A stretch of 62,243 nt of DNA, the filler included, from Basidiobolus ranarum (lineage: Eukaryota), in NCBI GenBank assembly GCA_040143965.1. It is 27 parts of 27 records of this genome, joined end to end, with 100 filler letters (N's around TTAATTAATTAA, not from the genome) between each part and the next. Parts side by side here need not be neighbours in the genome. Positions count along the whole stretch, not along the records: positions 34,717 to 36,922 come from JASJQH010010508.1; positions 37,023 to 39,227 come from JASJQH010010509.1; positions 39,328 to 41,532 come from JASJQH010010510.1; positions 41,633 to 43,835 come from JASJQH010010511.1; positions 43,936 to 46,138 come from JASJQH010010512.1; positions 46,239 to 48,440 come from JASJQH010010513.1; positions 48,541 to 50,742 come from JASJQH010010514.1; 20 more parts are not named here. One strand, given 5' to 3'. Numbering within the stretch: position 1 is the stretch's first letter; each line of letters begins with the position of its first letter. The notes below the pieces were generated by a model. It was not told the origin of the DNA and did no database searches. It was given only the letters and a program-made list of their open reading frames with translations. Position numbers and translations under genes: made by a program. Shown here in pieces: positions 36,181-48,860 of this stretch.

Positions 36181-36922
36181 CCCTAGCAGAAATTTGAGGA
36201 TTTTGATCATGGGAAAACCATCACAATTTTATCTTTTTGGGTTGACTTGGAACTTTCCATCATAAAATTGTCAAGTTAGATTTGATTTTAATCAATTTAT
36301 TCAGTTCCAGGAGTGAATTTTTAGATCTTGCAAAATAGTGGCACATGATTGACTACAATCTCAGAGAACTATAGATCAACACATGTGCAAAAAAGTGACT
36401 CAAATTTTACACATTTACTACATGAATGCTAATTTGTCACCTTCAAAAATCCCAGTTTCTTTGATATCTATTCTTCTGAATTTTTTATAGAGTTCTTCAA
36501 ACCCAAGGTTTAGCTCATATCCAACACAAGTTTGTACCAATATCTCCATCAAAGCTGACCATTGAGTTAAGATTGCTGAATCAAAATTTTTCCAGTGATC
36601 TGGTGGATATATTGCAATATTGTGCCACTCTGTATTAAGTTCTTCCCAGATACCTGCATGGTAAACACCAGACTAAATGTCAAGTTGAATGTTCTTCTTC
36701 TGCAGCCACTTTCTGCATACTGGCACTGTATTTTTCCCCTAATACTGCTGAAAATACTCCCCAAGCACTTTGACTATTTTGATATGTTCTTATGGCATTA
36801 CCCTACTGAGGGTGCTTTGCAGTTTTTGTGTTGCTTTTTGCTTGCCTCTAACTTTGGGGCTTATTTCAACACTTTGAAAAGAACCAGTTGAGGTTGGAGA
36901 GCCTTGAGTTTTATTTGCTGGT
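36181..36922 (+). mobile_element. CMC transposon left end
   Basis: Starts CCCTAGCAGAAATTTGAGGA. Confidence 0.8.
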
Positions 36923-37022
36923 NNNNNNNNNNNNNNNNNNNNNNNNNNNNNNNNNNNNNNNNNNNNTTAATTAATTAANNNNNNNNNNNNNNNNNNNNNN
37001 NNNNNNNNNNNNNNNNNNNNNN

Positions 37023-39227
37023 GTCTCATACAGGATATCAATCAATCTCACACCATATATATCAATGTCACTCTGACAATCAAGCCAAGCAGAATATGTG
37101 TTTGACCATTGAGCCGTCACAACAACCCAAAATTGCTTGACAAATGAATGTAGTAATCTCATAGGCAAACCAGATATCAAAAACTCTGAATTTCAAAGCT
37201 TCTGTCACTGGCTCTGATGATGAGTGGTTCAACATTTGGAAAGTGTGTGGAATGTTGCCCAATATCACCTTGATTAGAGCCAATTGTAGAAAAACCAGAG
37301 ACCAGGCATTATTCTGAAGATTCTTGACTTATTTCATGTAGCTTATCCTGGGTTTTGATAAGCATATGGCAATTGAGCTTTTACAGGCCTATTAATGAAA
37401 TATCTCAAAAGTGTATGCAATTATTCACTCAGAAATCAAGAAAAGCAGCTAAAAAAGTACTCCAGGACCAGCAGAGTAGTAAACCCAAGGAAAAGCAAAG
37501 GGGCCAGTGAATTTAGAGTCTATTGCATCTCTTGCCATATTCTTCACACCACTACAAAGATGTGTTTTGTGAGAGTCAGATATGTCAGCAGATATACTGG
37601 CAAAAAGGCATAATTTTACCATGCAATCAAGTACACCAGCTGGAAGAGTGCTGTATTTGGAGGATTATCCAATAACTGCACCTCTCCACAAGTAAAAACA
37701 TCAAGAAATAGAACTTACTGCTCTCCAACATCAACTGGTATTTTTCAGAGTGTGGAAACTAAACCCAAAGTTTAATGCAAGCAAAAAGCCACCAAAACAC
37801 TGCAAGCACACTCAGTAGTACCATATTACAAGGATGTAGAAAAATAGTAAAAGTGCTCAAGGAGTATTTTTAAAAATATGAGTGGAAAAATGAGATGAGA
37901 GTATGCAGCTAGTGGCTTCAGAAAAACACTCAACTGGATAATCAGTCTGGAGCTGACCATGCAGATATCTAGGAAGAACTTAATAGAGAGTAGCACAATA
38001 TTGCCAGGTGTCTGCCAGATAGCTGCAAAATGTTGATTCAGCAACAATTATACAATGGTGGGTTTTCATGGAGGTATTGATACAAAATCATGTTGGATAT
38101 GAGCCAAACCTTGGGTATGGAGAACTCTATAAAAATGTCCAGGAGAATATATTCAAGAAACTAGGGATTTTGAAGGAGACATAGTAGTGTTCCAGTGGTA
38201 AATGTATAAAATTTTAGTTATGTTGTTTGCGCATCTGTTGATCCATAGTTCTCTGAGATTGTAGCCAATCATGCTTAACTTTTTTGCAAGATCTTGAAAT
38301 TTCACTCCTGAAACTGCAAAAATTGATTGAAATCAAATCTAACTTGATGATTTTATGATGGTAAGTAAATGGTCAATCCCAAATGGATTAAAATTGTGAC
38401 AGTTTTCCTATGGTAACAATCCTCAAATTTCTGTTAGGTGCAACAATCAGGTAATGGATGGCAATTTTGGCTTATTATAAGCTGTTTCTAAGCAATTTCA
38501 GTACACCAAGTTTACCATCTGAAAACTTCAATGCCATTGAAAATGCATTTAAAATCTAAGTCTATATCAGCTTCCAAGCTAAAGCTTGCTGGCACAGGAG
38601 GAAAAAAACCAGCAAGAACAGAGGACTTCATTGATGAGCAGTCTAGCAATCCACTATCCACTTTGGAAGGCATTAACATGCTGGAAACTAATTCAAGTAA
38701 TAATGAAGCATTGATCAATTTACCAGATATGCTCCTTTCCAGCAATAGTGGAGGTGAAGATATTGTAATCCCCCAATTATGTAGTAAACCAATAGTTGAT
38801 CAAAGCTCAACAGAAACACTGTCAGGACCATCAACTTCCAAAATGGCTGCTTTGCCAACTCTTTAACATCCCTCCAAAAAAACTTGGATAGAACTATCAA
38901 AACAAGGAAATTTCACACAGAAATTGATAATGATTGGTATGCAATCATAAGTAAAAACTAAAATGTTGCTATACAGGACATGACAAGCAATAATGCCACA
39001 ATATTGCATTTAATGCAGTGCTCTGAAGCAATAGGTTAACAGTTAGACAGTCACTTGAAAATAATACAAGACCATCAGAATGCAGTATATGAGCAACAGC
39101 AACATGGTGCTCTCTCTGTCCATACTCATATGGGAATTCAATCAGTCCCACACCAAACATATTAACATCTCCATGACAATCTAGCAGAGCAGAATATGTG
39201 TTGGACCCATAAGCCTACTCATTGACC
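37023..39227. mobile_element. CMC left arm (-, 37023-38438) abutting another ORF2 copy (about 38450-39227)
   Basis: Terminal repeat ...AAATTTCTGTTAGG at 38438; ORF2 peptide MPLKMHLKSKS...KKPARTEDFIDEQ at 38531. Confidence 0.75.
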
Positions 39228-39327
39228 NNNNNNNNNNNNNNNNNNNNNNNNNNNNNNNNNNNNNNNNNNNNTTAATTAATTAANNNNNNNNNNNNNNNNN
39301 NNNNNNNNNNNNNNNNNNNNNNNNNNN

Positions 39328-39498
39328 TGAATCCGCAATAATGCCTGAAAGTACTTTTTGTAAATATACCACATAAGTAAAATAAACTGTTTCCAAAATG
39401 GCAAATAACAACATGCCAGATAGTGCCCAATCATGCCAATTTGTGCTGGCACACTTATTAGCTGGCCTGATCTGGCTCAACAAAATGGAACAAGTCTC
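39328..39498 (-). repeat. Terminus of a second putative DNA transposon (hAT-like)
   Basis: Reverse complement of 48177-48347; both stop sharply at AGACTTGTTCCATTTT. Confidence 0.55.
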
Positions 39499-41136
39499 AT
39501 TATTTTACCATCAACAGCCTGGTCAATATTTAACATGCTTACTGAAATAAATTCACCAAACAGTCAGTCCAGCAGCATACTTGATATTATCCATAAGCCT
39601 AAGATTATATTGCTTGAGAGGATCAGCTGGAGCCAGGGCTTCCCATTAGACAATATGCAATTACTCTTCAACAACATTCCATTATTACTTACACAATTGT
39701 ATAGTGGAAAACTCATTCTGAATGAGCCATACAAGATAAGATCAAAGTTTGAATTGTTTTGGAAAATGCTCAAAAACATCAATGACCATCATATTTTACC
39801 AGAACTCCCATCCATATCCACTCATCTAGGAATTTAGTCAAGTGCAAAGCCTGGAAGTATTGTATTATCTATATATTTGAGTGAAATCTTGAAAGGATCT
39901 CTGCCTCAAAAGGATTGGCAACATTGGGAGTTGTTTGTGGATATTGTTAACATTTTTAAGGCATCAACTCACATTGGCAGATCTCAGGCAGATACAGCAA
40001 CTGTGAAAAGATGTTCTCATTCAATATGATAGCATTATTACAGATTTAACAAAGATGGACTGAATCAATGCTGGTATTCAATACATTTCCTGCTGCATCT
40101 TTCACAATGCTTAGAGATTATAGGCCCTTGCTATACAGTCTGGGAGTTCCCCATGGAGTATATCTGCAATGAAATCATGCTCTGTGTGAAGTTATCATTA
40201 TAATCATATGCTACTCTGATTAATAATGTATCAGCACAATTGGTGATAGATGAAATGTAATGGGTTAGCACAACTCCAGACTATATGGACCTTCCAACAA
40301 AGGGTTCTTCTCACTGTGATCATGGATCTTTGCATTTTTTGATCATAATAGGAGCTACAAAGCGCAATCCATAGACCCAGAGTAAGCACCTCCATAATTT
40401 TGACTTTTATGTTTGTGTGATAATCTGATGGTGTTTCTAGCAAAGCTACAAGACAAACCTCTGGGTGAGATAGATTGAAATATGTGCTATTATTATTTTA
40501 GCTGTGAGGCAAGCTATTCAAGCAATAACACAGCTACTTGTGGCAGGATATTGCTTGACTGCAAGTTGAGGATAATTTGGCTGAAGTCTTTGTGCAAATT
40601 TGCCAAAATCCAAGATCTTCTTCTTATTATGAACAATGACCAAATTTGGCTATTTAACCAGTGTCAGTGCTATTAAAGTATCAGTTGTTTGGCAACTTTT
40701 CACCATAAATTTGCTTGTAAAGCATATTGATGTTGTTGAGTTATTCTTGATTAGTCAATCAGATGAATAGGTAAGGACTGAGCATCATAACATTCTTGAA
40801 TTGTTTGATTCTCATGATGGCTGGGATATGAAGCCTGAAATATCTCAATAAAGGTAAGCACATTAATTCAAATTTCTATAGCAGTAAACCTAGTAATTTA
40901 CCATTTGAAAACTAGTTTTTAAAAAAAATTGTTGAAACTAAAATAATGTATGCCAAATACAAGGATAAATACTCTACCATGTATGAATACTGTCATAATA
41001 CAATCATGAAGCTGCCATCTCACTACCAAAATCCCTGGCATTATGGAAGCCACCAACACTGTGATGGTTCTTTGAGGGTTTACAATCCAGAAGGGTGGAT
41101 TCAAACTGGGTCAAGTTGATGTTATTTTTGTTAGGG
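39499..41136 (+). mobile_element. CMC transposase C-terminal half and right end
   Basis: FPLDNMQLLFNNI and IHFLLHLSQCLEIIGPCYTVWEFPME; ends TTATTTTTGTTAGGG. Confidence 0.8.
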
Positions 41137-42779
41137 TGTCAACAAAGCTTTGAGATAAAGCATAGCCAATGGACCAAGTGGGTAAAACTAAAGTTATTTT
41201 GGTGCAATTATTACCATCAATACATGGACTAATGTTTGCCAATAACAAAGATTTGTTAAAAAGCCATTGTTTTTGTCTTCAACATCTGATATACTACCAT
41301 TGGTACTGGAATAACCAAGGTCAACATCTGGCAGGAAGTCCTCAAAGTTGTCTGGACTTACTGGTTCAACCAAAGTTGAATATCTACATACATCATTCTG
41401 GTCATATAACTGTGATAACTTCATGGCATCTTGACTTTTGGCAATGTTGCTAAAACTTTGAGGCAGAGCTCAGCCAGTGGACTCAGGGGAAAAACTACAG
41501 TTGATTTTGTGCATGGATTACTGTTGATATTCNNNNNNNNNNNNNNNNNNNNNNNNNNNNNNNNNNNNNNNNNNNNTTAATTAATTAANNNNNNNNNNNN
41601 NNNNNNNNNNNNNNNNNNNNNNNNNNNNNNNNAAAGTGATTTATATTGCACAGAAGTAACTCAATTATTTGAGATATTAAGGAATTTGTGCAATAAGATA
41701 TAATAGATAAGTGGGGATAATAAGATATACTGGTTATCTAGATATAGAGATATTCCTAATTTGAATATTGGGGTTATGGATATGTAGTGTTCTTGTTTCT
41801 GATGTATGTATCATAACTAAAGTTAACAAAGATGTTGAATAAAGGTTAACTATCTAACAAAAACTCAACACTTTGACATAGGCCTACCATGTATAATAAT
41901 GAAGAGATAAAAAGTTATTACTAGCATAAACATAATTTTAAAAAAAGTAAACTCAAAAAGGATTTACTGATAGGGCTGAATACAAATGAATGGCATCATA
42001 AATAGCAGTGGAATCACTTTTTTTTTTTAATCAAAGACTACTATTCCATCATTGAGTCATCAATGTGACAAATATCAAGTTGCATCATGAAGCAAATATA
42101 AAATAGTGTCATTTGAAAATTGTATGCAGACAAAGTGATTTGGTTATGAGCGCTAGTGTATTTGTTAGTGGAGCAACTTGTAAAGCCAGGAAACAACATC
42201 ATGGAGATTCTGTCTAGGTAAATGAGGTATCCTTGTATATGTAGTACAAAACATACAGTGTAATTGAATAAACTCTTCATCAGAAGGAATCAATAAACTA
42301 ATTAATTCAAGCAGTTTTGCCAATAGTTGTTTCTAAGTGCCAACAACATAACAGCTTAATTTGTAGGTACTGAATATTGTACCGGGTAGATTAGCAACAT
42401 ACCAGTCCATTCATCCTGCATAATACTTTAATAGCCCGATTCTTAATATATATGTTTAACTATATCTAAATCTATTTACAGAAGCCAATCTATTAGCTCG
42501 CATTCATACTAGTAACAAATGCTTAGTAGCCATTATCACACATTGAGGAAGTGAACAACGCATCATTGGAAATACTTTGCTGCAATAGGAATAATTTGAA
42601 CCATACCAAATTTGCTACCCCGCCAAGGAGGGATACTCATTTCAAAAACAACTGAAAGTCACCAATATAGGAATAAGGAGTATGTGCTCCATAGTTTATT
42701 GCGTAAATAAGCGTCTATCTAATTAGTATTCAAGACAGAAGCTGTCACCATAATGCAAGACAGTACTAGCTGAAGAAAA

Positions 42780-43409
42780 TTATTCAGACTTGGTCTTAGG
42801 ACCCTTAGTCTTAGCAGTACCGCGGAGCTTCTTGAGACGGTTCTTACGTTCTTTACGTTGTTTACGGGAAGTGATACCGTTCTCGGCAAGTCCGTGGCGA
42901 ACAAGACGGTACTTGGGCTCGAACTTCTTGGCGGAATCCAAGGAATCGTAAATCAAAGCGAAGCCAGTAGATTTACCACCACCGAAAGCGTTACGGAATC
43001 CGAAGCAGAATACGTTCTCCTTCTCGGATTTGTACATCTTGGCAAGTTTCTCGCGGAGTTCATCCTTGCTGATGTTGGCCTTTCCAGGGTGGAGGATGTC
43101 AACAACGAACTGCTTGCGTTGCAAGAGTCGGTTGGTCAAGAATTTGCGAGTACGAATGGTAACTGTAGCGTCGGCCTAAGGAAGTAAAGAAGTTAATGAA
43201 TGCCTAAAGTGGTCTAGGATGTGTGTTCAATAATAATGGTAGCAAATATTGGCTTTGATTGAAGATATCAGGGAGTAGAATCCAACCCACATACACAACG
43301 CATCCATCAAATTCGAGCAAATGGTGACCATGCGTTTACGTTGAAAATTGGCTGGCTCTAGCTAAGGTATAACAATAATATGACTATGAAAGCGAATATT
43401 ACTAACCAT
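42780..43409 (-). CDS. RPS24: 40S ribosomal protein S24 (eS24)
   Basis: ATG-only exon 43407-43409, intron 43176-43406 (GTTAGT...TTAG) and exon 42780-43175. Protein [32 protein letters not shown]...[14 protein letters not shown]...FEPKYRLVR. Confidence 0.96.
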
Positions 43410-44128
43410 TTTCAAGTTTTAATCCTTTAACCTCGCGGGGATATGGAAGTAGGGAAAAGAGAGAGCTGCTTTTGTTTGTTCATGTACTTTATTCTCCAAT
43501 CGATCCTCGAAAAGTCTTGATTTATTTCCCTTCACTGGGTGAATGCGATGGCTCGGGTCCTCTGTCCGATGATAGGGAGGTCAAATTCCAAATTCAACAG
43601 TGATAATACAAATTAGGACTTCAATCAACCTGTGATATTGCTAAGGAAATACAATATTCAAACTTTCATGTTACTTTGTCAACCTGTTTAAGATCATGAC
43701 TATGATACACTTAGACTTAGGGAGAGAGGCTGAAACACAACGGACATTCTACGACTCGCAGATCTGATTGAGTGCAAGCCAGTCGCCCTTATGGCCCATC
43801 GAAAACCCACAATTGCTGGCCTGGTGAGGGGAAGGNNNNNNNNNNNNNNNNNNNNNNNNNNNNNNNNNNNNNNNNNNNNTTAATTAATTAANNNNNNNNN
43901 NNNNNNNNNNNNNNNNNNNNNNNNNNNNNNNNNNNTAAGCATTGTGGAAGATGCAGCAGGGATTATATTGAATACTGGCATAGATTCAGTCTATCTCATC
44001 TAAGCCTAAAATAAAGTTTTTCATGTCCAATCACAAAATCTTGGCACAGTTGCTGTATCTGCCTGAGATCTGCCAATGTGAGTTGAAATCACAAGAGTAT
44101 ATTAACAATATCTGCAAAAAACTTCCAA

Positions 44129-46138
44129 CCCCAAGAGAAATATGAGGATTGTTATTTTTTGAAAAACCATCCCAATTTTAATCCATTTTGGATTGACCAT
44201 TTATTTAATGTCATGAAATTGTCAAATTTGATTTGATTTTAATCAATTTTTTCAGTTTCAGGAGTGAAATTTCAAGATCTTGCAAGATAGTTGCACATGA
44301 TTGGCTACAAACTCAGAGAACTTTGGATAACCCATGTGCAAAAAATGTAACTCAAATTTTGCACCTTTACCACTTAAATGCTAATTGGCCACATTTGAAA
44401 TCCCTAGTTTCTTGGATATATTCTCCTGAATATTTTTACAAAGTTCTCTATACCAAAGGTTTAACTCATATCCAACACAAGTTCCTATCAATATATCTAT
44501 CAAAGACCACCATTGTATTAACATTGCTGAATCAAAATTCTTCCAGGTATTGGGCAGATACCCTGTGATATTATGCCACTCTGTATTAAGTACTTCCCAG
44601 ATATCTGCATAGTCAACACCAGACTGAACATCAAGTTGAATTTTCTTCTTCTGAAGCCACTTTCTGCATACTTGCACTGCATTCTTCCCTTCATACTTTT
44701 GAAAATACTACTCAAGCACTTGTACTATTTTTTTACATCCTGGTAGTGTGACACTACTGAGGGTGCCTAGTGGTGTTTGAGCAGCTTTTTGCTTGCCTTT
44801 AAGTTTGGGGCTAAATTCAACACTTTGAAAAGTACCAGTTGAGGTTGGAGAGCCATGAGCTTTATTTGCTGGAGTTTTGGGTTGTAGAGGAGCACCAGAT
44901 GTTGGATAAACTTCTGAATTCAGCACTCATGCAACTGGTGTACCTGGTTCCATGGTGAAATTAAGCTATTTTGCCAGTATATCTGACTCTAAAAATACAG
45001 ATCTTTGTAATGGCATGAGGAATTTAGTAAGTGGGATAGTAGAGCCTAAGCTCACTGCCTCCTTTGCTTTTCCCTTGGGTTTACTAACTTCCTGCTCCTT
45101 GAGTACTTCTTTAGCTGCTTTTCTTTCTTTTCCAAGTCAATAATTGTGTACATTTTTGAGATCTTTCATGAATAGGCCCATACTAGCACAATTGTCATTT
45201 CCTTGCACAAACCCAGGATAAGCCACATGAAATCAGTCAAGAAACCTTCAGTGTAACACCTGGTTTTTGGTTTTTCCACAATTGGCTCAAATCCAGGTAA
45301 TTGTGGAAAAGATTCCGCACAGATTCCAAAATGTTAAACCACTCATCATCAGAGCAAGTGACAGCAGCTCTGACATTCAGAGTCTTTTGGTTTGCTGGTT
45401 CTCCTATGAGATTTCTAGTTTTTACCTATGATTGCATAAACATCATTGCAGTGTTCCGCCTGCTATTCCCTTGTTATCTAATTCTACCCAAATTTTCTAC
45501 AAAGGGTTGTTGAATAATGGGCAAAGTAGCCATTTTGGAAGTTGATGGTCTTGATGGTGTTTTGATTGAACTTTGCTCAACTATTGATTTACTATGTAAT
45601 TGAGGGACTACAATCTCTTCACTTGCACTATTGCTGGAAAGGAACACCTCAGGTAAATTGATTAATGCTTCATCATTACTTCAGTTTGTTTCCAACAAGT
45701 TAATGCGTTCCAATGTGGACAGTGGATTGCTAGACTGCTCAACAATTAAGTCCTCTATTCCTCTGGGTTTTTTTCTTTTTCTATCAGCAGGCTTTGGTTT
45801 GGAAGCCGATTTTGATTTATATTTTGAATGCTTTTTGAGTGGCATTGAAATTTTCAGATGGTAAACTTGGTGTAATGAACTTGCTTAGAAACAGCCTCTA
45901 ATAAACAAAATTGCCATCCATTTCCAGAAGTATCTTGTAAATCCCATGATGACTCATCTGTGACACCATCTCAGAATCAGCTGATGATGTTGATGGGCTA
46001 TACCTAAAATACCACCATTACATAGGAGGTGTTCTTTTGTCTACAATATCCTTCTCATGCCACGACTCAAACATTTAAAGAAGCCCTGCTATTAATGTCA
46101 CAAATTCTGGTGCTAAGAAAGCTGGAGGCTTCATAGAA
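44129..46138 (+). mobile_element. CMC left arm: terminus, ORF2 (minus strand) and the region leading to the transposase
   Basis: Starts CCCCAAGAGAAATATGAGG; 45935-46138 matches 58692-58895, which leads into the transposase. Confidence 0.75.
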
Positions 46139-46238
46139 NNNNNNNNNNNNNNNNNNNNNNNNNNNNNNNNNNNNNNNNNNNNTTAATTAATTAANNNNNN
46201 NNNNNNNNNNNNNNNNNNNNNNNNNNNNNNNNNNNNNN

Positions 46239-48063
46239 ATCAGAAAACTTCAACACCCAGCTGCAATAATGGGCATGCAGTTGGGCTAACCATCTTCAAA
46301 AATGTTTCTTCACCATACATAGCAATCTCTGCAGTCATACCAATTATTAAAGCTGCCCATTACACTCCTGCAACCAAATTCCAAGTTAATCAAAACAACT
46401 ACACTTCTTGATTCAGGAGCTTCCTTCTGCTTTATTGACTCAGCCTTTGTCAAATCCCACTCTATTCCAACAGTCAAGAAATCTAGTCCAGTCATGGTAG
46501 AAGTAGTTGCTGGAAGGCTGTATCATCAGGTGCTGTAACACATGAGAAAACCTTTATGACACTCATGTCTAGTGCTTATCGAGAAGAAATAGCATTCAAT
46601 ATCATTTCTTTACCTCACCACCCTGTCACCCTTGGTATCTCATGGCTCATGCAGCATAACCCAGTATTCAGCTAGAAGTAGAAGTTTATCACATTCAAGC
46701 AAGTTCCACCTCCTAGTCCATATTTGCCAACCTGCAATGGATCCAACTCACCATCAGCCCAAAATCCTCAAAGCATCTACAAAGCCAATATCCATTGACA
46801 GTGTTGCTGAAGAGCTGAAACCAACAAAACCTATGGTTCCTAAACTCTCACCCAAATACTTAGCCTTTACTGACATCTTCGATAAGAAAAAATCTGACAT
46901 ATTCCCAGCTCACCACCCATATGATTGCCCTATAGATCTAAAAAAAGGAAAACAACCACCATTTGGGCCTATCTATGGGCTGACCCAGCCAGAGCTCAAC
47001 ATTCTAAAAGAGTATATTGCAGAAAATCTAGAGAAAGAATTTATCCAACATTCAAAGTCTCCAGCAGGCTCTCCATTCCTATTTGGTAAGAAAAAGGATG
47101 GATCCCTCCATCTCTGTGTTGATTATAAAGGCTTAAGTAGCATTACAGTCAAAAATTGGTACCCTTTGCCATTAATCAACTCACACTTGCATTAGCTTGA
47201 TGCAGCCAAGGTATTTGCAAAGGTTGATTTAAGGGGTGCTTACAATCTCATAAGAATCAAACCAGGAGCCCATTAGAAAACTGCCTTTTGAACTTGTTAT
47301 GGACACTTTGAATACAATATCATGCCATTTGGACTTGCCAATGCCCCTGCAGTCTTTCAACACATGATGAATGATATCTTTGGAGAGTATCTTTACCAGT
47401 TTGTGGTAATATACCTTAACAATCTCTTGGTCTTCTCAAACTCTCAGGAAAAACATAATATTCCTGTTTCCCAAGTCCTAAAAAAGTTGAAAAACTCTGG
47501 GCTTTTCCCCAAAGTTGAGAAATGTGAACTCAACCAAGCTCAAGTTGATTTCCTTGGATATAACACCAGCCCATTAGTCATCTGCATGGACTCTAAGAAT
47601 ATTGAATCTGTTCTGTCTTGGGATACTCCAAAGAATATGAAAGATGTACCATCTTTCCTTGGATTTGCAAATTGTTACCAACTGTTTGTCAAGAACTACT
47701 CCAAAATATCTGCTCCATTAAAAAACCTTACCAAGAATGAACTCCCATTTGACTGGAACCCATATTACCAACAAGCATTTGTGACTTTAAAGAATGCTTA
47801 TACCTCAGCACCATTCCTGGCTCACCCTAAGCTAGGCAAGCCACTGATTATTGAAACCAATGCATCTGACTTTGCTCTAGGAGCAGTACTATCACAGTAT
47901 GGTGATGCAAACTTATTGCACCCTGTAGGCTTTTACTCAAGAAAGTTCTTTACAGGAGAAATCAACTATGATGTCTATGACAAGGATTTGTTAGCAATTA
48001 TTGCTGCATTTGAACAATGGTGACAATACTTGTATGGAGCAAATCACACAATCACAGTCTCTT
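46239..48063 (+). mobile_element. Ty3/gypsy pol remnant (protease-RT-RNase H), Tf2/chromovirus-like
   Basis: LLDSGAS, PPFGPIY, SKSPAGSP.LF.KKKDGSLHLCVDY, MPFGLANAPAVFQ, YLNN (decayed YLDD), ETNASDFALGAVL and NYDVYDK.LLAI; in-frame stops. Confidence 0.92.
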
Positions 48064-48440
48064 CCCTAACAGAAAATTGAGCATCAATATTGTGGGAAAA
48101 CAGTCACAATTTTAATCCATTTGGGATTGACCATTTTCTTACCATCATAAAATCATCAAGTTAAATTTGATTTTAATAGACTTGTTCCATTTTATTGAGC
48201 CAGATCAGGCCAGCTAAAAAGTGTGCCAGCACAAATTGGCATGATTGGGCACTATCTGGCACAATGTAATTTACCGTTTTGGAAACAGTTTATTTTACTT
48301 ATGTGGTATATTTAAGAAAAGTACTTTTAGACATTATTGCACATTCAAAAGATGATGAAAACTTTATTCATAGTGTCTTTAGTCTAGAGCTCTCAATGGA
48401 TATCTTTGAGTATGGATGTATTGAGAATTAATCCAGATTT
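48064..48440 (+). mobile_element. CMC left-end fragment (48064-48176) interrupted by the hAT-like terminus (48177 onward)
   Basis: CCCTAACAGAAAATTGAG..., then TAGACTTGTTCCATTTT. Confidence 0.65.
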
Positions 48441-48860
48441 NNNNNNNNNNNNNNNNNNNNNNNNNNNNNNNNNNNNNNNNNNNNTTAATTAATTAANNNN
48501 NNNNNNNNNNNNNNNNNNNNNNNNNNNNNNNNNNNNNNNNTTGGCTTAAATCATATTCAGGGCGTACTTCAATTTGGAGTGCTGGAGCTGGAGCAATGGA
48601 TTGAAAGGTATTTCTGGAATGTGGCTCCAGGAGAGACACATGGAATACATAGTGAACTTTGAAATGGTATGGGAGTCAAGGTGGAAGCCTATAGAATTTA
48701 CTTGCTTCATAATCTTGATATACCCTAGTCTTTTACAACCAAGTTTGTTACAAGGTCTAGTGGTATTGATATTTTAACTGATTAGCCATACATAATCTCC
48801 TGGCCAGAGATCTGGGGTTGGCTCTCTTTCCTTATGAGCAAAGTTCTTGTATTGGGACTG

